Positions 8,203 through 16,157 are shown, counted from the first letter of the stretch. The stretch: DNA of 40,000 bases from an uncultured Peptostreptococcaceae bacterium (GCA_947072565.1 CAMTIM010000060.1:3613-43612); one strand, 5' to 3'. Numbers and translations: made by a program. Notes: generated by a model not told the origin, from the sequence alone.

Positions 8203-8410
8203 AAAAATATGTTTGATTTATGTTCTTGCATTTGATAATATAAACATATAAGTAATATGAAAGGGGGATTTAGCAGTAATTGGTACTTACAATACTACTT
8301 GCTACTAAAGATAAATTATGAAAACAGAAATTATAAAAATTATAAATGATATTGAGGATGAAAAAATATTAAGATATATAAAGTTTATATTAATGGGGTG
8401 CACGAAAAAA

Positions 8411-8432
8411 GACTAGGATTTCTATCCTAGTC
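8411..8432. terminator. Bidirectional hairpin terminator at the 3' end of the repressor gene
   Basis: Perfect 9-bp stem GACTAGGAT/ATCCTAGTC, 4-nt loop, A-run before and T-rich after. Confidence 0.6.
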
Positions 8433-8786
8433 TTTAAACTTTTCAATAAGTCTTTGTATTAAAATCCAATCTTCATCTGCAAATGATAACATAGTTTTTA
8501 TTATTTTCTTTTTATAAGGATCATCTTCTGCGATGAATTCACCAATAAGTAGAGCTAACTCATCATCTTCAGAACGTTTTTTAAATATATCTCCCGTTCC
8601 ATATAATATCCAATCCATATTAACATTGTATTTTTCGCAGATTAACTTTGCATTTTTCTCGATTAAATTAACTGCTCCAGATTCTATGTTGCATACATTC
8701 GATCTTGTCATTCCTATGGAGTCAGCAAACTCTTTTTGAGTCAAAGCCAATTCTTTTTCTCTTAATTGTTTAATTCTAGATTTCAT
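8427..8786 (-). CDS. CI-like XRE HTH repressor (119 aa) without S24 peptidase domain
   Basis: LTQKEFADSIGMTRSNVCNIESG HTH; start set to ATG 8786 (GAGGTGG RBS); the upstream 34 codons of the tracked ORF are Cys/Phe-rich translation of A/T runs. Confidence 0.8.
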   Translation of the reverse strand: MKSRIKQLREKELALTQKEFADSIGMTRSNVCNIESGAVNLIEKNAKLICEKYNVNMDWILYGTGDIFKKRSEDDELALLIGEFIAEDDPYKKKIIKTMLSFADEDWILIQRLIEKFKD

Positions 8787-8929
8787 TTTTCCACCTCTAC
8801 AAACATAATAACATAAAAAAAGTACATTTACAAAACAAAAAAAACAACATTTTAATAAAAAAGGTATTGTAAAAAAACAAAAAAACAATTACAATGACAT
8901 TAACAAAACAAATAATAAGGAGAATATAC
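8787..8929. promoter_or_regulatory. Divergent early promoter/operator region
   Basis: Rightward TTGTAA-17-TACAAT (8867-8895); leftward TTGTAA-17-TATTAT on minus strand; three (A)ACAAAA(A)ACAA repeats and ATTGTAA..TTACAAT inverted repeat. Confidence 0.55.
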
Positions 8930-9088
8930 ATGACATTAACTGAAAAAAAAGAAGTTTTAGAAGCAATATTTAAAATAACAGATATAGCCCCAAAGAGTAC
9001 TAAAGATAAAATTGAAGGAATTTTAATTGGTGTATCTCTTAGAGAACATATAGACGAGATAGATCAAAATGAATTTAAAATTCATTAG
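8930..9088 (+). CDS. Hypothetical small protein in Cro position (52 aa)
   Basis: ATG 8930 has AAGGAG RBS; first gene of the rightward operon; no clear HTH seen. Confidence 0.5.
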   Translation: MTLTEKKEVLEAIFKITDIAPKSTKDKIEGILIGVSLREHIDEIDQNEFKIH

Positions 9089-9102
9089 GAGGAAAATAAT
9101 TT

Positions 9103-9813
9103 ATGGAAATGCAAGTATTAGATAAAAGAGATATTTTAGGACAACAAATTACTACATATGGAGATATTGAAAATCCTTTATTCCTTGCTAAGGAAGTTGC
9201 TAATTGGATAGAACATACTCATACAACTAATATGTTGAAAACAATAGATGAAGATGAAAAGCTGAATGTAACAATATTACATGCAGGTCAAAATAGGGAA
9301 GTTACAATGTTAACAGAAGAAGGATTGTATGAAGTTTTATTTCAAAGTAAGAAGCCAATAGCAAAAGAATTTAAAAAACGAGTTAAAAAAGTACTTAAAG
9401 AGTTAAGAATGAATAAAACTAAAAATCAATTATCGCCTATGGAACAGTTAAGGTTACAGTACCAGGTTATAGAAAATCATGAAAATAAAATTGAAAGAAT
9501 AGAAGCAGAACTAGAAAATTTTCCTCTTCAAACAGTTGAATGTGACGAAATATCAAAAACAGTAAAAAGAGTTGGTGTTAAGGTTCTAGGAGGAATAGGG
9601 AGCAAGGCATATAAAAATAGTTCATTGCGAGCGAAAATATATAGTGATATACATAAACAACTAAAAAGAGAATTTAATATTAATAGTTATAAAGCCATAA
9701 AGAGGAAATATTTAGATAGTGCATTGAAAATTATAGAAAATTATAATCCTCCATTTGTGCTAAATGATGAAATTAATATGAAAAATAAACAAATGGCTTT
9801 TGGTGAGGTATAA
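9103..9813 (+). CDS. Phage antirepressor (Bro-N domain + ORF6C-like C-terminal domain)
   Basis: Bro-N pattern: PLFLAKEVANWI..TEEGLYEVLFQSKKPIAKEFKKRVKKVLKELR. Confidence 0.75.
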   Translation: MEMQVLDKRDILGQQITTYGDIENPLFLAKEVANWIEHTHTTNMLKTIDEDEKLNVTILHAGQNREVTMLTEEGLYEVLFQSKKPIAKEFKKRVKKVLKELRMNKTKNQLSPMEQLRLQYQVIENHENKIERIEAELENFPLQTVECDEISKTVKRVGVKVLGGIGSKAYKNSSLRAKIYSDIHKQLKREFNINSYKAIKRKYLDSALKIIENYNPPFVLNDEINMKNKQMAFGEV

Positions 9814-9816
9814 GAC

Positions 9817-10686
9817 ATGACAAATAAAAAGTACTATTGGCTAAAATTAAAGGAAGATTTTTTTGAAGAAGATTCAATAGCTTGGATTGAAGAACAAGAA
9901 AAAGGAAAAGAATATTGTTTATTTTACTTAAAACTATGTTTAAAATCTTTGAAAGCTAATGGATTGTTAATAAGAAATGTTGGAAACATGCTAGTTCCTT
10001 ATGATGTTAAAACGCTAGGAAAAATAACTAATACAGATACAGATACAGTAAGAGTAGCTATGGATATATTTACAAAAATAGGATTAATTCAAATCTTAGA
10101 AAATGGCGAAATATTTATGGGACAATTACAGAATATGGTAGGCTCTGAAAGCAAATGGGCTGAGAAAAAAAGACTACAACGACAGAAGAAGGACAATGTC
10201 CCATTGTTGTCTAGACAAAGTCCGATAGAGAAAGAGATAGATATAGAGATAGAGAAAGATAAAGAGAAAGAAATAGATATAGAACAAGAAGATGTAGATA
10301 GATATGTAAATAATTCTGAAAAAAATTTAAAAGAATTTAGTAACTTGTATGAAAAAAATATAGGATTAATAAATGGAATAGCAGCCGAAGAAATAATAGA
10401 TATGTCAGAGCGTATAGATATTGAATTATTTAAAAGAGCTATAACGATAGCAAATGATAAAGGTAAGTGTAACTGGGGATATATAAAAGGAATTATTAAG
10501 CAATGGACAGATAAGAATATAACAACATATAAACAATTAGAAGCATTTCAATTACAAAAAAGAAATAAGGGAGAGAGTGATGGAAAGTATCAAGAGTATG
10601 CAAAATACTTGGATAGAGACGATAAAACAACAATATCAAGTGAAGAAGCAACAAGGGCAGCTGCAGAACTCGGAATCGACTTATAA
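9817..10686 (+). CDS. Phage replisome organiser (N-terminal phage_rep_org domain + DnaD-like C-terminal domain)
   Basis: KYYWLKLKEDFFEEDSIAWIE..YCLFYLKLCLKS N-terminus; NWGYIKGIIKQW DnaD-type motif. Confidence 0.75.
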   Translation: MTNKKYYWLKLKEDFFEEDSIAWIEEQEKGKEYCLFYLKLCLKSLKANGLLIRNVGNMLVPYDVKTLGKITNTDTDTVRVAMDIFTKIGLIQILENGEIFMGQLQNMVGSESKWAEKKRLQRQKKDNVPLLSRQSPIEKEIDIEIEKDKEKEIDIEQEDVDRYVNNSEKNLKEFSNLYEKNIGLINGIAAEEIIDMSERIDIELFKRAITIANDKGKCNWGYIKGIIKQWTDKNITTYKQLEAFQLQKRNKGESDGKYQEYAKYLDRDDKTTISSEEATRAAAELGIDL

Positions 10687-11380
10687 ATGTGACAAGTGTA
10701 ACGACAAAGGTTATATAATCATAAAAGAAAATGGAACAGATGCAGTTAAGTTTTGTGAATGTAGAGAAGTAGCGCTAGCAAAAGAAAGATTAGAGAAATC
10801 TGGAATAGCTGATAGAGTTAAAACAAATACATTTAAAAGTTATAAAGTAAATAATGTTATTAGAGATAATGCTAGAAAAGTTTGTATAAAATATATAGCT
10901 GATTTTAATAAAAAAAAGTGTCTGCTGTTACAAGGGCAAGTAGGATGCGGGAAAACACATTTAGCTATAGCTACCTGTACTAAACTCTTAGAAAAGTATT
11001 CAGTTAAGTATATGAGTTATACAAAAGACATAAATGAACTTAAATTTAATATGATTGATACAGACTTTTATAATAAAAAAATTAGTGAGTATAGAAACTC
11101 AACAGTATTATTCATAGATGATTTATTTAAAGGGTTTGAAAAAGGAGATTATTCAAGGGCTAGAGCTGAACTTAGGATAATGTATGACATTATAAATTAT
11201 AGATATGACAATAAAAAAGCAATGATTATAACTACAGAACTAACTACATCTAAGCTCTTAGAACTTGATGAAGCACTAGCAAGCAGAATTATAGAAATGA
11301 CTAATAATTTTGAAACTGAAAGTAAATATAGGTTTGAATTTATTGGAAAAGAATTAAATTATAGAATTTTTGGAGTATAA
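10580..11380 (+). CDS. DnaC/IstB-like helicase loader ATPase with N-terminal Cys cluster
   Basis: Walker A GQVGCGKTHL, Walker B VLFIDDLF; CDKC..CEC; overlaps upstream gene by about 107 nt. Confidence 0.85.
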   Translation: MESIKSMQNTWIETIKQQYQVKKQQGQLQNSESTYKCDKCNDKGYIIIKENGTDAVKFCECREVALAKERLEKSGIADRVKTNTFKSYKVNNVIRDNARKVCIKYIADFNKKKCLLLQGQVGCGKTHLAIATCTKLLEKYSVKYMSYTKDINELKFNMIDTDFYNKKISEYRNSTVLFIDDLFKGFEKGDYSRARAELRIMYDIINYRYDNKKAMIITTELTTSKLLELDEALASRIIEMTNNFETESKYRFEFIGKELNYRIFGV

Positions 11381-11383
11381 AGT

Positions 11384-11509
11384 ATGAGTATTTTACAAGA
11401 TGCAGAAAAATTAAGATTAAGAGCAGAAGATCTAAGAGAGAAAAATAAAAATATGAGTATGTATCAAGCATATTTAATAGCGGCAAAAGAAATTAATGGG
11501 GGGGATTGA
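11384..11509 (+). CDS. Hypothetical small protein (41 aa)
   Basis: ATG 4 nt after dnaC-like stop; packed head-to-tail with neighbours. Confidence 0.4.
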   Translation: MSILQDAEKLRLRAEDLREKNKNMSMYQAYLIAAKEINGGD

Positions 11510-11510
11510 A

Positions 11511-11633
11511 ATGGAAATTTTGAAAGATGTATTAGCTGAACTGTATTGCGAATTTGGGAATGATAAGGTAGTTGTAGCTCTTAGTCAGTATTTAGATAAA
11601 TTAGTTGTAAAAGAACAAAAGAAAATAAGCTAG
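11511..11633 (+). CDS. Spo0E-like aspartyl-phosphate phosphatase family candidate (40 aa)
   Basis: GGGGG RBS; LSQYLDKLVVKEQ resembles the Spo0E SQELD-x-LI signature. Confidence 0.5.
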   Translation: MEILKDVLAELYCEFGNDKVVVALSQYLDKLVVKEQKKIS

Positions 11634-11643
11634 GAGGTTTAGC

Positions 11644-11811
11644 ATGAAACAAGGAAAAAAATTAAATAGAAAACATAAAGAGTTTTTAAATTCTATGAAC
11701 TTGGATAGTGTAAATTACCTAGTTGAAAGAGATACTGTGGAAGAAATTAGATTTATAAATAAAAAAACTAATAAACTAAAGTGTTTTAAAAAAATAAGGG
11801 GGAATTATTAA
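11644..11811 (+). CDS. Hypothetical small basic protein (55 aa)
   Basis: TAGGAGG RBS; stop overlaps next ATG (TAATG). Confidence 0.5.
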   Translation: MKQGKKLNRKHKEFLNSMNLDSVNYLVERDTVEEIRFINKKTNKLKCFKKIRGNY

Positions 11812-12200
11812 TGCCAATCTTAGGTATGTATACAGCAAAAGAGGTTGCTGATATAAAAAGAATATCAGTAGAAGATGCTGAAAGAACTACAAAAGTACAA
11901 ATGAAAAAAGAAATAAACAAATTAAAGGATGAAAATATAAAAAAAATAATAGATACTGAAGAACGTTATGGAAAGGCTTATGGGGACCTTATACTAGAGC
12001 AAATAGATATAGAAAAAAAGCTTGAATGTAAACAAACTGAAGTTTATGTACTAAGAACTATCTTGGCGCTAGAAACAGATAAAAAAATAAAAAGACTTGA
12101 AGTTATAGCGCAGAGGACTAAAAAGCCTCGTGTAAGAAAGAAATGTGAAAATAGGATAATAGACTACAAGATGCGAAAAATCGCATATGAGACGAAATAA
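11811..12200 (+). CDS. Hypothetical coiled-coil protein (129 aa)
   Basis: AAGGGGG RBS; Lys/Glu-rich heptad-like sequence. Confidence 0.6.
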   Translation: MPILGMYTAKEVADIKRISVEDAERTTKVQMKKEINKLKDENIKKIIDTEERYGKAYGDLILEQIDIEKKLECKQTEVYVLRTILALETDKKIKRLEVIAQRTKKPRVRKKCENRIIDYKMRKIAYETK

Positions 12201-12302
12201 GAGCGAAATTTCACTATATTATGAGCAATAGTAAATCTATTTAGTAAAATTTGGGTTTTTAGATAGATTAAAAAATAAATATACATAGGGGATAATAAAA
12301 AA

Positions 12303-13304
12303 ATGATAATACATAAATTTACAACTCATGTTTTAGATAAGAATTCAGACACACCTATCTTAAATGATTTTGAAGGTAGAATAAGTCCAGAAGTAGATAA
12401 ATTTTTACAAAAAATAATTAAAAAATGTATCAAATCACAAGATTTAAGACAAGCAAAATTTAAAGATTATTATAATAATACAATTCACAAGTGTTGCGAA
12501 TCTGTGATTTATGATGAAACACTTTTCTTAGAAAATTCAAAAGAAATAGCAGCATATTTATTTGACATCATGAAAGAAGATTCAAATTCAAGTTCAGGAG
12601 ATCTAGTAGCATGTTTATATACTGTAAAAGATGAAAAGTATATAGCAATAATAAAGCTAGATTACAAGAATTTATATAATCATTTAATAGGATTTGAAGA
12701 TAACAAGTTTAATATACAAATGATTTCAAATGAAATAGGAATTGCATCAAATCACAATGTAAAACAAGCAGCATTAATAAGTATAAGCGGTATAAATGAT
12801 GAATATCACTTAAAAGTTTTAGATAAAGATGCTGAAAAAAATGATACAAAATCTACATTTTTAGAAGAGTTCTTAGATGTAGAAAAATTAGAAGATGATA
12901 AATATAAGACAAAAACATTTATAAATGCAGCTAATAATTGGATAACCAATGCTTTATGTGATGATATAAAACAAGCAGAAGATGCTAGAAGTATAATGAA
13001 CTACATGTTAAAAGAAAATTCTGTTATGGATATAGATAAGTTTACAGAAGTAGCAATAAAAGATGATTATTGCAAAGAAAGTTTTAAAGAACATATGGAA
13101 GATAAAGAAATAAACCACTTTAACATAGATAAAAATTATGTAGAAAAAAAATTAAAACATAGAAGAATAAAAACAGACAATGGATTTGATTTAAAAGCTA
13201 ATTTGGAAGACTTTGAAGATCCTATGAAATATTGTGTTAAACAAAATCTAGATGGAAGTATTGATATAACAATTAAAAATGTAAAATTTTATGAAGAAAA
13301 ATAA
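12303..13304 (+). CDS. Nucleoid-associated protein, NA37 (NdpA/YejK-like) family
   Basis: Characteristic N-terminus MIIHKFTTHVLDKNSDTPIL and about 330-aa length; call by eye. Confidence 0.65.
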   Translation: MIIHKFTTHVLDKNSDTPILNDFEGRISPEVDKFLQKIIKKCIKSQDLRQAKFKDYYNNTIHKCCESVIYDETLFLENSKEIAAYLFDIMKEDSNSSSGDLVACLYTVKDEKYIAIIKLDYKNLYNHLIGFEDNKFNIQMISNEIGIASNHNVKQAALISISGINDEYHLKVLDKDAEKNDTKSTFLEEFLDVEKLEDDKYKTKTFINAANNWITNALCDDIKQAEDARSIMNYMLKENSVMDIDKFTEVAIKDDYCKESFKEHMEDKEINHFNIDKNYVEKKLKHRRIKTDNGFDLKANLEDFEDPMKYCVKQNLDGSIDITIKNVKFYEEK

Positions 13305-13351
13305 AGTCCTGTGTAGGTTAATACACGAGATATTAATAGGTGGTGAAAACA

Positions 13352-13519
13352 ATGAAGCTTACGGAGTGCTATACAAGTGGATTTACTGCGAAACTTTGGG
13401 ACTGGGGGCAATATAATTGTGAATTGAAACATGATTATAGAAATGAGTGTGGAAGCGAAGTTAAAACTTACACATTAAACAAAAAAGAACTTGAAAAATA
13501 TTTAAAAAAGTTTGAGTAG
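13352..13519 (+). CDS. Hypothetical small protein (55 aa)
   Basis: TAGGTGGTG RBS before ATG; below ORF-track cut-off. Confidence 0.45.
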   Translation: MKLTECYTSGFTAKLWDWGQYNCELKHDYRNECGSEVKTYTLNKKELEKYLKKFE

Positions 13520-13559
13520 TGTAAACGTTGAACTTAAGATAAAAAAATGGAGGGATATT

Positions 13560-13751
13560 ATGAATGATAAAATTTTCAAAACAATAACTGTAGAAAAGGT
13601 AGAATCAATCAAAGACTTAATAGTTGGATTAGATAGCTCAGAGTGGAGCTATATAAAAGGCTCTATTGATATGTACTTTAGTGAAAAAGCCGCCAATATA
13701 AAAATTGACGACTTAGATAAAATTGATAAATATTTAAAAAGAAAATATTAA
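13560..13751 (+). CDS. Hypothetical small protein (63 aa)
   Basis: Internal ATG 13560 has GGAGGG RBS; upstream part of tracked ORF lacks one. Confidence 0.5.
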   Translation: MNDKIFKTITVEKVESIKDLIVGLDSSEWSYIKGSIDMYFSEKAANIKIDDLDKIDKYLKRKY

Positions 13752-13987
13752 TTAGATACTATTTGAATAAACATTGGGTGAATCCTGTATTCTACACCTG
13801 AATAGTAGATATTAATATAATCTTGTTGGTACATTGTATGTTCCTCACCTTTGGTAAAAGGACTCCATATAATTGCATTTTCTTCCCACCATATTTGAGG
13901 AGAAGATAGATTTGAACCCATTTTGCAATTTGGATCATCGCATAAATTAACCCAATTGCCAACTAAACAAGCATATATGTTTTTCAT
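13748..13987 (-). CDS. Hypothetical Cys/Trp-rich protein (79 aa), reverse-oriented moron
   Basis: Only minus-strand gene in this stretch; own RBS (GAAAGGCGG); divergent from XRE gene 14062. Confidence 0.6.
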   Translation of the reverse strand: MKNIYACLVGNWVNLCDDPNCKMGSNLSSPQIWWEENAIIWSPFTKGEEHTMYQQDYINIYYSGVEYRIHPMFIQIVSN

Positions 13988-14061
13988 ATATAAACCGCCT
14001 TTCGAAAATAAAATAGAAATATATTCCTAGTATAAATTATATCAGAAAGGAGTTATAAAAA

Positions 14062-14256
14062 GTGGGATTAAGTGACAAGTTAAAACAACTAATAACAGCA
14101 GACGAGTTAAATACAACTAGAATAGCTGAAAAATCAGGAGTGGATAGGAGAACTATCCATAGCATTATAAAAAAAGAAAATTTAAATCCAAGAATAGACA
14201 CAGTTAAGAGATTGGCTGACTACTTTGGAATAACTATAGATAAATTAATTAGATAA
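14062..14256 (+). CDS. XRE-family HTH regulator (64 aa), paralogue A
   Basis: GTG start with AAAGGAG RBS; TTRIAEKSGVDRRTIHSII HTH; C-terminus aligns with 15519-15710 product. Confidence 0.8.
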   Translation: MGLSDKLKQLITADELNTTRIAEKSGVDRRTIHSIIKKENLNPRIDTVKRLADYFGITIDKLIR

Positions 14257-14287
14257 CTAAATATTGGTTTTAGGAGGAGATTTAGTT

Positions 14288-14461
14288 GTGAAAGCAAGAG
14301 TAGTGCAAAAGGATAATGGCATATGTGATATATGTGGAGATAAACGAGAAAATGGATATACAATACAATCATTAGATGAATGGAATCGTTGGGTAGCGGA
14401 TTTAAGAATGTGCAATAAATGCTTCAACGAAGTTAAAAATGCATTTAAGAATATAGATTAA
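14288..14461 (+). CDS. Small Zn-ribbon-like protein (57 aa)
   Basis: GTG 14288 8 nt after TAGGAGGAG; CDICG..CNKC. Confidence 0.5.
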   Translation: MKARVVQKDNGICDICGDKRENGYTIQSLDEWNRWVADLRMCNKCFNEVKNAFKNID

Positions 14462-14473
14462 GGGGTAGAGCTT

Positions 14474-15061
14474 ATGAAAAAAGAAATAAAAGAAGGTTGG
14501 TTCAAGGATCATAAAGCAAACTATATAAAAATAAATGATGATTTAAAAATACTAGAATGGAAAAAGCCGGATACATTGCATATGAATGTTAGATATGTTA
14601 TGGATAAACATAACTTATATGTAACTGGAGATTTATATTCAGCTATGTTTAGTTTAACGGAACAAGCAAACTTAGAAAGTTTAGGTCAATATGATTTATA
14701 TTATTTTAGCAGAAAATTAACAATGATGGAACAAAGTAAATCAGATTTTGATAGTCAATCAGCTATAAAAGAATTGAAGGAAAACTTCAAAGACTGGTGG
14801 GAGATAGATTTAGACACTGACGTTGATGAAGAATATTATGAACATAAAGAAGTTCTTGAAATGTTGGTTGATGGAGCTGAAGAAAGCATTAGCGTAGAAG
14901 ATTGGACGGATTTTATTAAATTAAATTATGATGAAATAGATAAAATAGATCCTGATTGTGGAGAATGGATATTTGACATAGGATTAAAAACTAGTGCATA
15001 CCTACAAGCATATCTAATAGGTTTACAAATGGCATATGAACAGATATTTGAAGATAAATAA
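14474..15061 (+). CDS. Hypothetical strongly acidic protein (195 aa)
   Basis: AAGGGG RBS; Asp/Glu-rich segment DWWEIDLDTDVDEEYYEHKEVLEMLVDGAEESISVEDW. Confidence 0.7.
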   Translation: MKKEIKEGWFKDHKANYIKINDDLKILEWKKPDTLHMNVRYVMDKHNLYVTGDLYSAMFSLTEQANLESLGQYDLYYFSRKLTMMEQSKSDFDSQSAIKELKENFKDWWEIDLDTDVDEEYYEHKEVLEMLVDGAEESISVEDWTDFIKLNYDEIDKIDPDCGEWIFDIGLKTSAYLQAYLIGLQMAYEQIFEDK

Positions 15062-15130
15062 CCTTGGGCTTATGTTCCAGGAGTTATAAAAACTAAAGAT
15101 GGGTTTTATAACCAGGAGGATGTAAATGTA

Positions 15131-15316
15131 ATGAAAATAAAAAAATTGATATTAGCTACTGGTGAAGAATTTGAAGACATAGAAATTATAGAATTAAGTC
15201 TAAAAGAGGCAATGTTACCAATTCCATTTATAAAAATTAAATTAAATAAAAAAGAAGTTCTAATAAATAAAGACTTTGTATTATCATTAGAACTTACAAA
15301 ATTACAAACTATTTAG
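15131..15316 (+). CDS. Hypothetical small protein (61 aa)
   Basis: AGGAGG upstream but long spacing (11 nt). Confidence 0.45.
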   Translation: MKIKKLILATGEEFEDIEIIELSLKEAMLPIPFIKIKLNKKEVLINKDFVLSLELTKLQTI

Positions 15317-15443
15317 GCTTTTTAGTTTGAGATAAGGCACTTGCAGCTACGGACTTAGAAGTTGGACTGTATCTATTGTCTCTAAGTATTTTACTGGCTT
15401 TAGATGCAACAGCTTTACTAGTTTGTTTAGTGTTTTTAGCCAT
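15309..15443 (-). CDS. Hypothetical Ser/Lys/Ala-rich basic peptide (44 aa), reverse-oriented
   Basis: ATG 15443 with GAAAGGTAG RBS; MAKNTKQTSKAVASKASKILRDNRYS..; divergent from XRE gene 15519. Confidence 0.45.
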   Translation of the reverse strand: MAKNTKQTSKAVASKASKILRDNRYSPTSKSVAASALSQTKKPK

Positions 15444-15518
15444 AAAATCACTACCTTTCGAAATGTATTAGGAATAAAATTTCCACAGGGTTATTGTAGC
15501 AGAATGGAGGTACAAAAA

Positions 15519-15710
15519 GTGAGCATAAGCGACAATTTATTAAAAATAATTAAAGAAAAAAATATAAAAGTGCATGATTTAGCAAAACAGTCAAAAGTAC
15601 ACCATAGTGCTATATATAGGATTTTAAAAGAAGAAAATAAGAATCCAGGCATTTATACTGTAAAGAAATTAGCAGATACGCTAGAAGTTAGCGTAGAACG
15701 TTTGATATAA
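15519..15710 (+). CDS. XRE-family HTH regulator (63 aa), paralogue B
   Basis: GTG 15519 8 nt after ATGGAGG; VHDLAKQSKVHHSAIYRIL HTH; ENKNPGIYTVKKLADTLEVSVERLI aligns with paralogue A. Confidence 0.75.
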   Translation: MSISDNLLKIIKEKNIKVHDLAKQSKVHHSAIYRILKEENKNPGIYTVKKLADTLEVSVERLI

Positions 15711-15739
15711 AACAAAAGAGGAGTTTTAGGAGATGAAAT

Positions 15740-15994
15740 ATGTTTAATAAAGATTTTTCAAAAACAATAGTTAGTAATCATGTAAATGCAGTATCAGGTA
15801 ATATAACAAAAACTTATCCGAAAAGTTATTTTAAAAGATTTCATTTGAAAAGTACACTTGCAGAAACTTTACTATCGGATGAGCCTAGATGTTGCAGAGA
15901 AAAAGTTCAAGTAATACAAATGGTTATATGTGGAGATATGGAAGTTATAGCTGAAATAATGAATCAAGATGATTACAATGAACTATTTTTATAA
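15740..15994 (+). CDS. Hypothetical protein (84 aa)
   Basis: AGGAG RBS; no recognisable motif. Confidence 0.55.
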   Translation: MFNKDFSKTIVSNHVNAVSGNITKTYPKSYFKRFHLKSTLAETLLSDEPRCCREKVQVIQMVICGDMEVIAEIMNQDDYNELFL

Positions 15995-16031
15995 ATATTA
16001 AAACAAAAAGTGAACTTTAGGAGTGGAGATT

Positions 16032-16145
16032 ATGAATAATTGTTGTCAAAAATGTAATTCAAGTAAAAGATATGTTCCGATAAATCCTTTGAATAATAAC
16101 TGTAAGTGTCAAGAGTGTGGCACGAAGTACAAAATAGATAAATAG
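16032..16145 (+). CDS. Small Zn-ribbon peptide (37 aa)
   Basis: GGAGTGGAG RBS; CCQKC..CKCQEC. Confidence 0.4.
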   Translation: MNNCCQKCNSSKRYVPINPLNNNCKCQECGTKYKIDK

Positions 16146-16157
16146 GTGGTGGGGATT

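Noticed and set aside
8201-8215. Second Cheo-like sequence CGAAAAATATGTTTG
   Set aside because: The half-site spacing is one nucleotide too long and the half-sites are degenerate (GAAA/GTTT).
8257-8416. Two tiny plus-strand ORFs (30 aa from 8257; 32 aa from 8318) downstream of the LexA-box promoter
   Set aside because: Neither has a convincing RBS at proper spacing, and neither has recognisable motifs. The transcript may be non-coding/antisense instead.
8787-8888. N-terminal 34-codon extension of the tracked repressor ORF (MFFCFFTIPFLLKCCFFCF..)
   Set aside because: It is a translation of the A/T-run promoter region. The internal ATG at 8786 has the RBS, and the HTH protein begins there.
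10580-10686. About 107-nt overlap between the DnaD-like and DnaC-like genes as a possible recoding site
   Set aside because: Both frames have plausible independent starts and stops, and there is no slippery sequence. The overlap may shrink if the loader starts at a later codon, so it is treated as ordinary gene overlap.
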